Source: an uncultured Ignavibacteriales bacterium | Lineage (GTDB): Bacteria; Zixibacteria; MSB-5A5; GN15; FEB-12 | Assembly: GCA_964571235.1 (NCBI GenBank) | Contig: CAZNAI010000004.1 | Location: forward strand, 233,836-297,835 | Length of the DNA stretch: 64,000 nucleotides | Reading direction: 5' to 3' | Shown here: positions 46,927-55,521 of the stretch, in pieces | Layout: each line of letters opens with the position of its first letter | Position numbering within the stretch: position 1 is the first letter of the stretch | The notes under the pieces: generated by a model | The model's database searches: none | What the model was told of the DNA's origin: nothing | Seen by the model: the letters and a program-made list of their open reading frames with translations, nothing else | Position numbers and translations under genes: made by a program

Positions 46927-49170
46927 ATGTTTACAATTCTACGAAAAGCCAAGCGGAGCATTAAACGGCTCCTGAAAGTTCAGACCGGAAGCCGCCAGCG
47001 GACTGAACTCAGCAAGGGTTCTTTGGCTGTCAAATACCTCGTGCTCGCGTTGGCCGCCTCAGTAATAGGCGTGCTGTATCCCTCCCGAAACGAAATCCTG
47101 CCGCTTGACGTCCCTCGGGTGGGGGCGATCTCTTCTGACAATATCATCGCGCCCTTTCCCATTGTCGTACAGAAATCGGCCCGCGAACTTGAAGATGAAC
47201 GTAATCTCTCCGCCGCCCAGGTGCCGTTCATCCTCGACGAAGACTCACTGGTTTCCCAGTCAGTCCTGACCCAACTGGGTCAATTTATAGCGTCGGCAGA
47301 TTCGATACGCCGTTCACCGGCCGGCGGCAATTCTCGCGCCACGGACAAAGCAGACCTTTTGGGCGGCGGGTTTCCCGCGTACAGCCGCTCGGTGATCGAG
47401 ACTGCGCTGTTGGCATCAACAGACCTTAAGAAACTCGATTCGATCCTTCGCGAAACGCTTACGCAGGAAATCTATCAAATCGGTGTGGTGAGGCATATGT
47501 CCGATATGCCGGATATCACGAACAAGACGGTGGTCGTGCGGAGCGGCGAAAAGGAACTTCTCTATCCCCGCGCCAAAGTCATAGACCTCGCCCTGGCCAA
47601 TGCACATTTGTTAACGGCGCTCAATAAGAGGTCGTCGGCCGACCCAATTGACGTTGAGTTCTACTATCTGGTTGGTCGGGGAGTGATCCAGCCGAATCTC
47701 CGTGTCAACATGGATGAATACAGCAAACGGTTGACCCAAGACCTCAGTACCATACCACGCGTAAGCGATTCAGTCGGCGCCGGTGACATTATCGTGATGG
47801 CGAATCAGCGCGTGGGGGAACGTGAGGCGGCCTTGCTGGCACAGATGGCTCATCTGGAGCGAAGTCGCGCCGAGGAAAGCGGTTTTCTGGCAATCATCTT
47901 TCCGTATGTGACGCGGATTTTACTGGTTGCGATTGTGCTGGGTGTGTTGTACCTGTTCTTGTCGCATTTTCGCCCCGAGATCTTTGCCTCGAATCAGAAA
48001 CTGGTGGCTATTTTCGGCGTGCTCGGGATACAACTGGTCTGTATTCATTTTGCGGAGCTGTTTGAAACATCGTCTATTTACGTCTATCCGGTGGCCATAT
48101 TGCCGGTCATGGTTTCGGTTTTATTTGATGCCGAGGTTGGCCTCTTTGCGACCGTGGCGCTCTCGCTCCTTCTTGGAGTAACGCACCAGTTCGACTTTTC
48201 GATTGCGCTGATGACCACCGCGATCGGTGTGCCGGCCTGCTTCGCATCCCGCGGTGTGCGGCGACGTGGCCACTTCTATCGAATTCTCTTTTTGCTGATG
48301 GCATCGTATGCCGCGTATGTACTCGTCTTTGAATCACTGAGTATTTTCCCCTCTGAAGAATTGCTGACCGAGGTTGTCTATGGTGTAGCCTCGGCGATGT
48401 TTTCCATTGGGCTGATTCTCTTTCTCCTGCCGATTTTCGAGTCCGTCTTCAGTATCACGACCGACATCACGCTCCTGGAGCTTTCTGATCTGAATCACCC
48501 ACTGCTCAAGCGACTTTCCATCGAGGCCCCTGGAACGTATCACCATTCCATACAGGTGGGGAATTTGTGTGAGACGGCCGCCAAAGCAATCGGCGCAAAC
48601 CCGCTCTTGGCTCGAGTTGGCTGTTATTATCACGATATTGGGAAGATCGAAATTCCCGAGTATTTCGTGGAAAATCAGCTCGGAATCAAATCGCGGCATG
48701 AAACGCTGTCGCCGTCGATGTCTGCGATGGTCCTAAGCTCCCATGTCAAACGGGGGAGAATGTTGGGCGAAGAGGCCGATATCCCCGACGACGTGCTCAA
48801 TTTCATCGAAGAGCACCACGGCACTATGGTGATGAAGTACTTCTACAACAAAGCGGTCGAACAAGGAGCGGATGTTTCCGCCATAGACAAGTTTCGCTAT
48901 CCCGGCCCCAAACCACAGATACGGGAAACCGGTATTGCCATGTTGGCGGACGCCGTGGAAGCGGCCAGCCGTACGCTCGACGATCCCAAGCCGGCGCGCA
49001 TTGATGCTCTTATTCAACGGATCATAAACGAGCGGTTTCAATCGGGAGAATTGGAAGAGTGTCCGCTGACGCTTCGTGACCTGGCCAAAATCAAAGAGGC
49101 GTTTGTGCACGCGGTGATTGCCTCGTTCCACCAGCGCGTCCATTATCCCAAGAAAGACGCGGTGTCGTGA
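46927..49170 (+). CDS. 7TM-HD phosphohydrolase (PgpH-like)
   Basis: Extracellular domain, 7TM block, EAPGTYHHS, YYHDIGK, EHHGT, YPGPKP, LADAVEAA. Confidence 0.92.
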   Translation: MFTILRKAKRSIKRLLKVQTGSRQRTELSKGSLAVKYLVLALAASVIGVLYPSRNEILPLDVPRVGAISSDNIIAPFPIVVQKSARELEDERNLSAAQVPFILDEDSLVSQSVLTQLGQFIASADSIRRSPAGGNSRATDKADLLGGGFPAYSRSVIETALLASTDLKKLDSILRETLTQEIYQIGVVRHMSDMPDITNKTVVVRSGEKELLYPRAKVIDLALANAHLLTALNKRSSADPIDVEFYYLVGRGVIQPNLRVNMDEYSKRLTQDLSTIPRVSDSVGAGDIIVMANQRVGEREAALLAQMAHLERSRAEESGFLAIIFPYVTRILLVAIVLGVLYLFLSHFRPEIFASNQKLVAIFGVLGIQLVCIHFAELFETSSIYVYPVAILPVMVSVLFDAEVGLFATVALSLLLGVTHQFDFSIALMTTAIGVPACFASRGVRRRGHFYRILFLLMASYAAYVLVFESLSIFPSEELLTEVVYGVASAMFSIGLILFLLPIFESVFSITTDITLLELSDLNHPLLKRLSIEAPGTYHHSIQVGNLCETAAKAIGANPLLARVGCYYHDIGKIEIPEYFVENQLGIKSRHETLSPSMSAMVLSSHVKRGRMLGEEADIPDDVLNFIEEHHGTMVMKYFYNKAVEQGADVSAIDKFRYPGPKPQIRETGIAMLADAVEAASRTLDDPKPARIDALIQRIINERFQSGELEECPLTLRDLAKIKEAFVHAVIASFHQRVHYPKKDAVS

Positions 49171-49598
49171 TGCTCCGCCTCGGCGTATACAAAACCTCAG
49201 CTGTGCGTCTTCCGATGGCTCAGTTACAACTTCTGTTTGCGCGGGTCGTCAAGGGCGAGTCCACCAAACGCGATCAGGGGTTGGTCAACCTGATATTTAC
49301 CGATGATAAGAAAATGCGAGCGTTGAACCACACGCACCGGCATAAGGACAAGCCGACCGATGTCCTCTCCTTCAACGTGGATCCGCCGGAGTCACGAGAC
49401 GCGGTATTCGGAGAAATCTATATCTCGACTCAGACCGCCGCGCGGCAGGCGGCTGATTACGGCGGAACTCTCGCGGAGGAGTATCTACGGTTGACCTGCC
49501 ACGGACTTTTGCATCTTTTTGGATATGACCATCAAAAGCCAGGTGAAACGCGCGTGATGAAGTCCCGCGAGTCGCGATATTTGGGAGCGGCACAATAA
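49167..49598 (+). CDS. ybeY: rRNA maturation endoribonuclease YbeY
   Basis: KDKPTDVLSF, GEIYIS, HGLLHLFGYDH. Confidence 0.97.
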   Translation: MMLRLGVYKTSAVRLPMAQLQLLFARVVKGESTKRDQGLVNLIFTDDKKMRALNHTHRHKDKPTDVLSFNVDPPESRDAVFGEIYISTQTAARQAADYGGTLAEEYLRLTCHGLLHLFGYDHQKPGETRVMKSRESRYLGAAQ

Positions 49599-49600
49599 GT

Positions 49601-50881
49601 ATGCACTTTGTATTCCCGGCACTGGTGATCGCGGCCGCGTATGTCTCCGCCTATATCGTCTCGGTGTATGCCACTGCGATGTACATCGATTCCGACGAGC
49701 TGGAGTCGCTATTCCCGAATTTGTCACGGCGCCGTCGGCAGTTGTTCGAGCGGATCACCGAAGACCCCCGGGTCTTCATGCAAATTGCGGCGGTCTACAA
49801 GTCGTTCGCTCTGGCATTAGTAGCGGGAGCGCTGTATTTCATGCTGGATGGCTCCGATCCCGAAACAGCCTTGCAGGCGCATCTTCGCTTTGTCGTCGCT
49901 CTGGTGGCCGGTTGGTTTATTTTTGTAATCATCGTCGAATATTTGCCCCGGTTGTCTTCCCGGACCGTCTTCGGACCTCGGACACTCGGGGCATTTTGGC
50001 TGGTGGTGCTGATTTATATCATTTTCTCGCCGCTGGTTAATCTCTATCGGCGGTCGTTGGCCCGCTCAAGTGTCGCCGACAAAGTCTCCGAAGAGGACAA
50101 AGAGGAAATTGTCGAACGCGCCATTGAGTCGCTGGCCGATCATGCCGGGATAGGCGAGGCGCTCGTCGAAGAGGACGAAAAAGAAATGATCGGGCAAATA
50201 TTCCGACTCGATCAAACCACCGTTCGAGAAATTATGGTTCCCCGCATTGATATGATCGCTATCGAAAAAGCATCGAGTTTTGCCGTGATTCGAGAGCTGG
50301 TCCGGCGCGACGGCCACTCACGCTACCCGGTCTACGACGGCACAATCGATAAAATTGCCGGGCTCTTGTATGTCAAAGACATCTTCAACAACATGCCCCT
50401 GCCGGGTGAGACGTTTGAAATCGACCGGTATTTGCGGCCGCCGTTTCTCATTCCGGAGTCCAAGATCATCGGTGAGCTCCTAAAAGAATTCAAGTCTAAT
50501 AAGCGCCATATAGCCATTGTCATCGACGAGTACGGCGGGGTTGCCGGCCTCATTACCCTTGAAGATGTCCTTGAAGAAATTGTGGGCGATATCCAGGACG
50601 AGCACGACTTAGAAGAAGCTGAATTTGTCTCTGTTGGGCCCCGCGAGTACCGGGTCGAGGGGGGGATGCTCTTGGACAAGTTTTTGGGAGAGATAGGGAT
50701 GGAATACGACCACGCCGAGTTCGACACGATCGGCGGTCTTATGTATGATCTCTTTGGCTCAGTCCCAAAGTTAGGCGCAAAAGTTAGGTGGCATGAACTT
50801 GAGATGGAAGTACTCAGGTTGCGCGGCCAGCGGATTGTCAGCGTCAAGGTCCGGATACTGCCCAGCTCAACCCCCGCCTGA
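49601..50881 (+). CDS. CNNM/HlyC-CorC family membrane protein with CBS pair
   Basis: TM region; VREIMVPR, GHSRYPV, IVIDEYGG, TLEDVLEEIVGDIQDEHD. Confidence 0.93.
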   Translation: MHFVFPALVIAAAYVSAYIVSVYATAMYIDSDELESLFPNLSRRRRQLFERITEDPRVFMQIAAVYKSFALALVAGALYFMLDGSDPETALQAHLRFVVALVAGWFIFVIIVEYLPRLSSRTVFGPRTLGAFWLVVLIYIIFSPLVNLYRRSLARSSVADKVSEEDKEEIVERAIESLADHAGIGEALVEEDEKEMIGQIFRLDQTTVREIMVPRIDMIAIEKASSFAVIRELVRRDGHSRYPVYDGTIDKIAGLLYVKDIFNNMPLPGETFEIDRYLRPPFLIPESKIIGELLKEFKSNKRHIAIVIDEYGGVAGLITLEDVLEEIVGDIQDEHDLEEAEFVSVGPREYRVEGGMLLDKFLGEIGMEYDHAEFDTIGGLMYDLFGSVPKLGAKVRWHELEMEVLRLRGQRIVSVKVRILPSSTPA

Positions 50882-50918
50882 TGGGCTGACGCAGGTTCTG
50901 CGTCGCCTAACAAATTGC

Positions 50919-50947
50919 TTGACATGAGTATCCAATAATGTCATACT
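50919..50947 (+). promoter_or_regulatory. sigma70-type promoter for small secreted protein / sigma54 activator
   Basis: TTGACA-N17-CATACT with extended TG. Confidence 0.6.
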
Positions 50948-51038
50948 ACCCATAGCAGAGACTGCGCCGTTCCGAAAACACAGGTTTGGCGCACATAAAC
51001 AGAAAAATCACAGGTAATAGATTCTTGCGGAGGTTCGC

Positions 51039-51362
51039 GTGAGAAAAGGCAAAGTTAAGACTTCGGCACTTTGGCTGATGATTGCCCTGCTCATCTCCTG
51101 CGTACTCTCAACGACCGTTTTTTCTGGGGAGAATCCCTGGGATTCGGACCATCGTCCGTCCCAATCGAATTGTCCTCCCGGCGGAAACGATTCCACATCA
51201 GTGAACTCAGGTTCGACCAGCCGTGCGGCCGTCGTTGGCGGATCGGCGACTTCGTCGAGCGAGAGTGGATGGGTGCAGACCGTGCATCGAGTGCTTATGT
51301 TTGTGGCTCGCCACCATGCTGATTGGCTCAGAGAATCGTCGCGGTCGGCCAAAATGCGGTAA
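51039..51362 (+). CDS. Small secreted hypothetical protein
   Basis: GGAGG RBS before GTG; signal peptide then GENPWD, Ser/Gly-rich linker, amphipathic C-terminal helix. Confidence 0.7.
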   Translation: MRKGKVKTSALWLMIALLISCVLSTTVFSGENPWDSDHRPSQSNCPPGGNDSTSVNSGSTSRAAVVGGSATSSSESGWVQTVHRVLMFVARHHADWLRESSRSAKMR

Positions 51363-51432
51363 TGAGAGTAGTGGTCAGTTCAGGAGAAGACAAAGGCATA
51401 GTGTAGAACTCTAAACGAAGACACTGCGAGTA

Positions 51433-54375
51433 ATGTATAGTCCCTCACACAGACTCGTCATTGATGATCGGCTCCTAGCGATCGAAGAACTGGTTCGCCA
51501 GAAAAAGTTCGATCTGGCCCGGCGTGAATTGACATCTCTGGGCCCCGACCAGTTTTCGTCAGATTCTCCCGAACAAGGTATCTACTTGTCGCTTTCGGCT
51601 GACTGTGCCATTGAGGCGACTGATTACCGCAAAGCAATTGAATTTGGCTTGGTGGCCGCCCGCCTGCTCTCTGAGTTATCGTTGCATGCCAAATACGGCC
51701 GCACGATGCTCACTCTTTCGCGCTCCTACTCAGCGCTTGGTGATCTCAAAAATGCCGAAATTCGTGCGAATGACTCGCTCGCCACATACCGACGGGCCGG
51801 AGACACGAATGGTCAGGTTGACGCGCTTAACGAGCTTGCCCGCATTTCTTACATTCGGACAAATCTTTCTGCCGCCGCCGGGTACCTCTCGGATGCCGCG
51901 GCACTGGCCGTTGATAACCCACGCAAATCGGCTCTCTTGACCGGAAACCTTGGTCGCGTCCAGACGTTTGGCGGTCAATGGGTGCAGGCCGAACAGAATC
52001 TGGCAACCGCATTAGACCACAATCGGGCTCACCACTACGACACCTCTGTCGCAACAGACTTGGTTTCGCTGGCGCTCATTAGTATTCGAAAGCGTGATTT
52101 CCTCACCGCGGATCGTCAGTTGACCGAAGCGATGACGATTATCGATCGTCTCGGACTTAAACGCGACCGTATTATCGCCTCCGAGTTTATCGGGGAACTG
52201 GCCTTTGAGCGGGGCGACCTGTTCAAAGCGAAGTCGGTGTTAGCCGAGGCGTATCATCAGGCCCGGTTGCTTGCGCCGAATTCCGGATTGGTCTCGCAAG
52301 TGGCCCGTCGCATGGCTGAGGTCGAATTGTCGCTGGATCATGTCGAAGAGGCGGGGAAATTTGCCAATATTGCAATGGAAGTTGCCCAGGAGTTGGGAGA
52401 AAAGGCCGAAATGGCCCACGCCCGCCGGGTGATGGCCCGTGTGTTTTTGGCCAAGGGTGCGCTGGCCGACGCGCTCGATTGCGTGAGGCAGGCGGTTGAC
52501 CTGTTCCGCGAAGTTGGCGATCCGTTTGATTTGGCGAAGGGACTATTGGCCTTGGGCGAAATCAAGTCTCTTGGCAGTTCTGATGAAGCCGAGAAAATTC
52601 GCTCCGCTATTGACGAAGCCGGACGCATCTATAGAAAACTCCACTTGGAATATGGTGTCGCTTTGGCTGAATTCCGGGCCGGTGTGTTTGCCTGCCAAAA
52701 TGGCGACTTGTCGCGTGGATTTAGAAAACTAAGCCGGTCGGAAAAAACATTTCAGACCATTGGCGACACTGTCCGCGCCCGCGAAGTTCAACAGTTTCTC
52801 GGCTCTCTTTCGGATCAAGCGGTCGCGCTTTCGATTTCAGACAACAATCAATTCAAAGTCTTTGGCCGGCTTCTGTCCCAGTCTGAACTAAAAGACCTTA
52901 AGTCGGGCCAGATGGAAGAAGTCATGGGTGTGCTTGTCCGGCGGACCGGGGCCAACCGTGCGATTCTCTTTTCTCCTCAAATCGAAGACCGCCCGATCAT
53001 CAGTTCACAGACTCTGACAGCCGGCCAGACGCGCCGCTTTGTCGAGGGATTCAAGCGTATGATAGGCGCCGAGTTCGCCTCCGACCGGCCCTCGTTGCGC
53101 CTGGACTGCCGCCGTGATCCGTACATCCGCGAGCTCTTCGCCGATCAGCCGGAAGTAATCGCCAGCGTTATGGTCGTGCCGTTTGTGCAAAGCGACCAGA
53201 CCCAGAGTTATCTCTATCTGGACAAAATCTCGGAAGACAATCTGCTTAATCCGTTCGGACAGGATGAACTGAACTTCGTCGTCGGATTTTCTGATATCGT
53301 AGCCTTCAAAGTGGCCGAACTGCAAAAGCAAAAATTGCTTGAAGACAATCGTCGGCTCAAAGCGCAACTTCAGAAAGAAGCGGCCTTCCCCAATTTCATT
53401 ACCCGCAGTACCGCCATGATGGAAGTGCTCGGCCAAGTCAAGCAGGTAGTCGATTCGAATATTTCGATATCCATCGAAGGCGAGACCGGGTGTGGCAAAG
53501 ACCTGTTGGCTCGCGCCATTCACTACAACTCGGTCCGCAAGAATAAACGATTCATCTCGGTCAACTGTGCCGCTCTTCCGGAGACATTGCTCGAATCTGA
53601 GTTGTTCGGATATCGGAAAGGGACATTCACCGGCGCTGATCGGGACAAGCCGGGATTGTTTGAAGAAGCCGACGGCGGCACATTCTTCTTAGATGAAATC
53701 GCCGACATGCCGCTGAATATTCAGGCAAAGATTCTTCGCGTTCTTGAAGCAAAAGAACTTGTCCGGCTGGGTGAATCGATTCCGCGCAAGGTTGATGTCC
53801 GGATCGTTTCCGCCACCAACAAGGACCTAAAAGTTCAAATGGCCGCCGGACTGTTCCGTCAGGATCTGTACTACCGGCTTTCGGCTCTGACGTTTTATCT
53901 GCCGTCGCTTCGTGAACGACGCGAGGACATTCCTCTGTTAGCCGCCCATTTCTTGTCGGGAAGCGAAAAGCGCCTCTCGGCGGAGGCGATCAAAGCGCTG
54001 GTGTCTTATGAGTGGCCGGGGAATGTGCGCGAATTGGAAAACGAAATCAAGAAGTCGATTTTGCTGGTGGGCGACCGGAGTGAGATCGATCTCGACGTGT
54101 TGTCGTCAAAGATCGCCTCGCCGTATCTGGCTGAATATTCAGCGGATACCGTCGGTCATTCCGTTGCGGTTGCCGCTGACATGACGTTTTCGCGCCAGTA
54201 CTCGCTGTACGATTTTCTGGCCACCCACGAGCGGCAGTTCATCATCCGAGCGCTCAAAGAGAAGGGCGGCATCAAAAAGCACGCCGCCGCGGCCCTCAAT
54301 ATTCCCGAGTCGACTTTGCGTCTTAAGATCAAGCAATACAATATTGACTTGAATCATTTGGACGCGGTGAACTGA
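51433..54375 (+). CDS. sigma54-dependent activator: TPR repeats + GAF-like + AAA+ + Fis HTH
   Basis: GETGCGKD, NCAAL, ESELFG..GTFTGA, FLDEI, FRQDLYYRL, WPGNVREL, C-terminal HTH. Confidence 0.95.
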   Translation: MYSPSHRLVIDDRLLAIEELVRQKKFDLARRELTSLGPDQFSSDSPEQGIYLSLSADCAIEATDYRKAIEFGLVAARLLSELSLHAKYGRTMLTLSRSYSALGDLKNAEIRANDSLATYRRAGDTNGQVDALNELARISYIRTNLSAAAGYLSDAAALAVDNPRKSALLTGNLGRVQTFGGQWVQAEQNLATALDHNRAHHYDTSVATDLVSLALISIRKRDFLTADRQLTEAMTIIDRLGLKRDRIIASEFIGELAFERGDLFKAKSVLAEAYHQARLLAPNSGLVSQVARRMAEVELSLDHVEEAGKFANIAMEVAQELGEKAEMAHARRVMARVFLAKGALADALDCVRQAVDLFREVGDPFDLAKGLLALGEIKSLGSSDEAEKIRSAIDEAGRIYRKLHLEYGVALAEFRAGVFACQNGDLSRGFRKLSRSEKTFQTIGDTVRAREVQQFLGSLSDQAVALSISDNNQFKVFGRLLSQSELKDLKSGQMEEVMGVLVRRTGANRAILFSPQIEDRPIISSQTLTAGQTRRFVEGFKRMIGAEFASDRPSLRLDCRRDPYIRELFADQPEVIASVMVVPFVQSDQTQSYLYLDKISEDNLLNPFGQDELNFVVGFSDIVAFKVAELQKQKLLEDNRRLKAQLQKEAAFPNFITRSTAMMEVLGQVKQVVDSNISISIEGETGCGKDLLARAIHYNSVRKNKRFISVNCAALPETLLESELFGYRKGTFTGADRDKPGLFEEADGGTFFLDEIADMPLNIQAKILRVLEAKELVRLGESIPRKVDVRIVSATNKDLKVQMAAGLFRQDLYYRLSALTFYLPSLRERREDIPLLAAHFLSGSEKRLSAEAIKALVSYEWPGNVRELENEIKKSILLVGDRSEIDLDVLSSKIASPYLAEYSADTVGHSVAVAADMTFSRQYSLYDFLATHERQFIIRALKEKGGIKKHAAAALNIPESTLRLKIKQYNIDLNHLDAVN

Positions 54376-54399
54376 TTTTTTCCCACCAGAGAGCTTGCC

Positions 54400-54423
54400 A
54401 GGCGCCGCTGTGGCGCCTTTTTT
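54400..54423 (+). terminator. Intrinsic terminator
   Basis: AGGCGCC-GCTGT-GGCGCCT then T run. Confidence 0.7.
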
Positions 54424-54429
54424 GTCTTT

Positions 54430-55245
54430 GTGAATCCGCCGCTCTATCTGCACCACTCCGCCGACCCGTATTTCAATATGGGGTTCGACGAATGGATGTT
54501 GCGGTGCGCGTCAAAATCTCCGGGTTCACTCATGTGGCGTTTGTATACGTGGCAAATCGGCACAATTACTTTTGGTTACAATCAGCGAAAAGAGACGGCG
54601 TTAGATTTTGAAAAGGCCGGCGATACTCCGGTCATTCGCAGAATAACCGGCGGTCGCGCGTTGTATCACGATATTTCCGAACTGACTTATTCCGTCGCTT
54701 ACAATTTGGCCGATCCGGGAACAGACCAGTTTCGGACCGGGCCGGCCAAGTCCTCCGAGGCAATCGCGATGATCCTGGCCAGATTTCTGGCCGCCCGCGG
54801 AGTCACCGCCACCTGGGAGCAATCGTCGGCACAGGAAAACTCCCGGCGCGATTTCTTTCATAAGGCCGCATGTTTTGCGTCGCACGCACGCCACGAACTT
54901 GTATCGGGCGGCGGGAAGATTGTCGCTTCAGCTCGCCGTGAATGGAACGGAGGCGTACTCCAACATGGCTCGATCAAACTGAACGGTCTGGTGGCGCATC
55001 CGGCTTTGCATTTTCAGCCGGACGCCCGCCCCGCCCCTGAGAAATCCGTTGCCCGATCAGAACTTAACGATTGCGCCATAGCGTTTGCGGACGCTGTCCG
55101 CGACACCATCGGGGTGAGTGTGCATGCCACTACCGATGACCTGCTTGACTCACCCGATATCGCATCGCGTACGCAATTTGTCAGGCAGTACCCATTTGAA
55201 AAGCGAGATTTGATTGCACACTCAGATACCATTGCGAGTCAATAG
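54430..55245 (+). CDS. Lipoate-protein ligase A / LipM-like family protein
   Basis: FNMGFDE, RLYTW..TITFGYNQ, RRITGGRALYH, KIVASA, LQHGSI. Confidence 0.88.
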   Translation: MNPPLYLHHSADPYFNMGFDEWMLRCASKSPGSLMWRLYTWQIGTITFGYNQRKETALDFEKAGDTPVIRRITGGRALYHDISELTYSVAYNLADPGTDQFRTGPAKSSEAIAMILARFLAARGVTATWEQSSAQENSRRDFFHKAACFASHARHELVSGGGKIVASARREWNGGVLQHGSIKLNGLVAHPALHFQPDARPAPEKSVARSELNDCAIAFADAVRDTIGVSVHATTDDLLDSPDIASRTQFVRQYPFEKRDLIAHSDTIASQ

Positions 55246-55288
55246 TGTGCGTGAGCGCCGAGATTAGTCACGCCGAGAAAAATACCGC

Positions 55289-55318
55289 TTGACTTGCCCC
55301 CGTTCGGGCGGGTATTTT
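55289..55318 (+). promoter_or_regulatory. Candidate sigma70 promoter embedded in an inverted repeat, upstream of the second TBDR operon
   Basis: TTGACT-N18-TATTTT; flanked by AAAATACC/GGTATTTT. Confidence 0.4.
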
Positions 55319-55479
55319 CGCCGGATGGTAGTGGCCGGTTTTCGCCGGTAACTGCCGGAAACAGATAGGGTTGAGAATTGAGGTTGTGAGCGGTTGGGAC
55401 GACTGATAGTGAATTCCCTCGGTCTTGTTCCCGTCAGCCTGCAACAGACATAAAGCAGTGAGCCCACGTCGGTCGTGGC

Positions 55480-55514
55480 TGATCGCTCGCGAAATCATTT
55501 CGCGACATCGATCA
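55480..55514. promoter_or_regulatory. Perfect palindrome adjacent to the TBDR RBS (operator or RNA hairpin)
   Basis: TCGCGAAAT-C-ATTTCGCGA (55487-55505) extended by TGATCG/CGATCA. Confidence 0.45.
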
Positions 55515-55521
55515 CAGGAGG

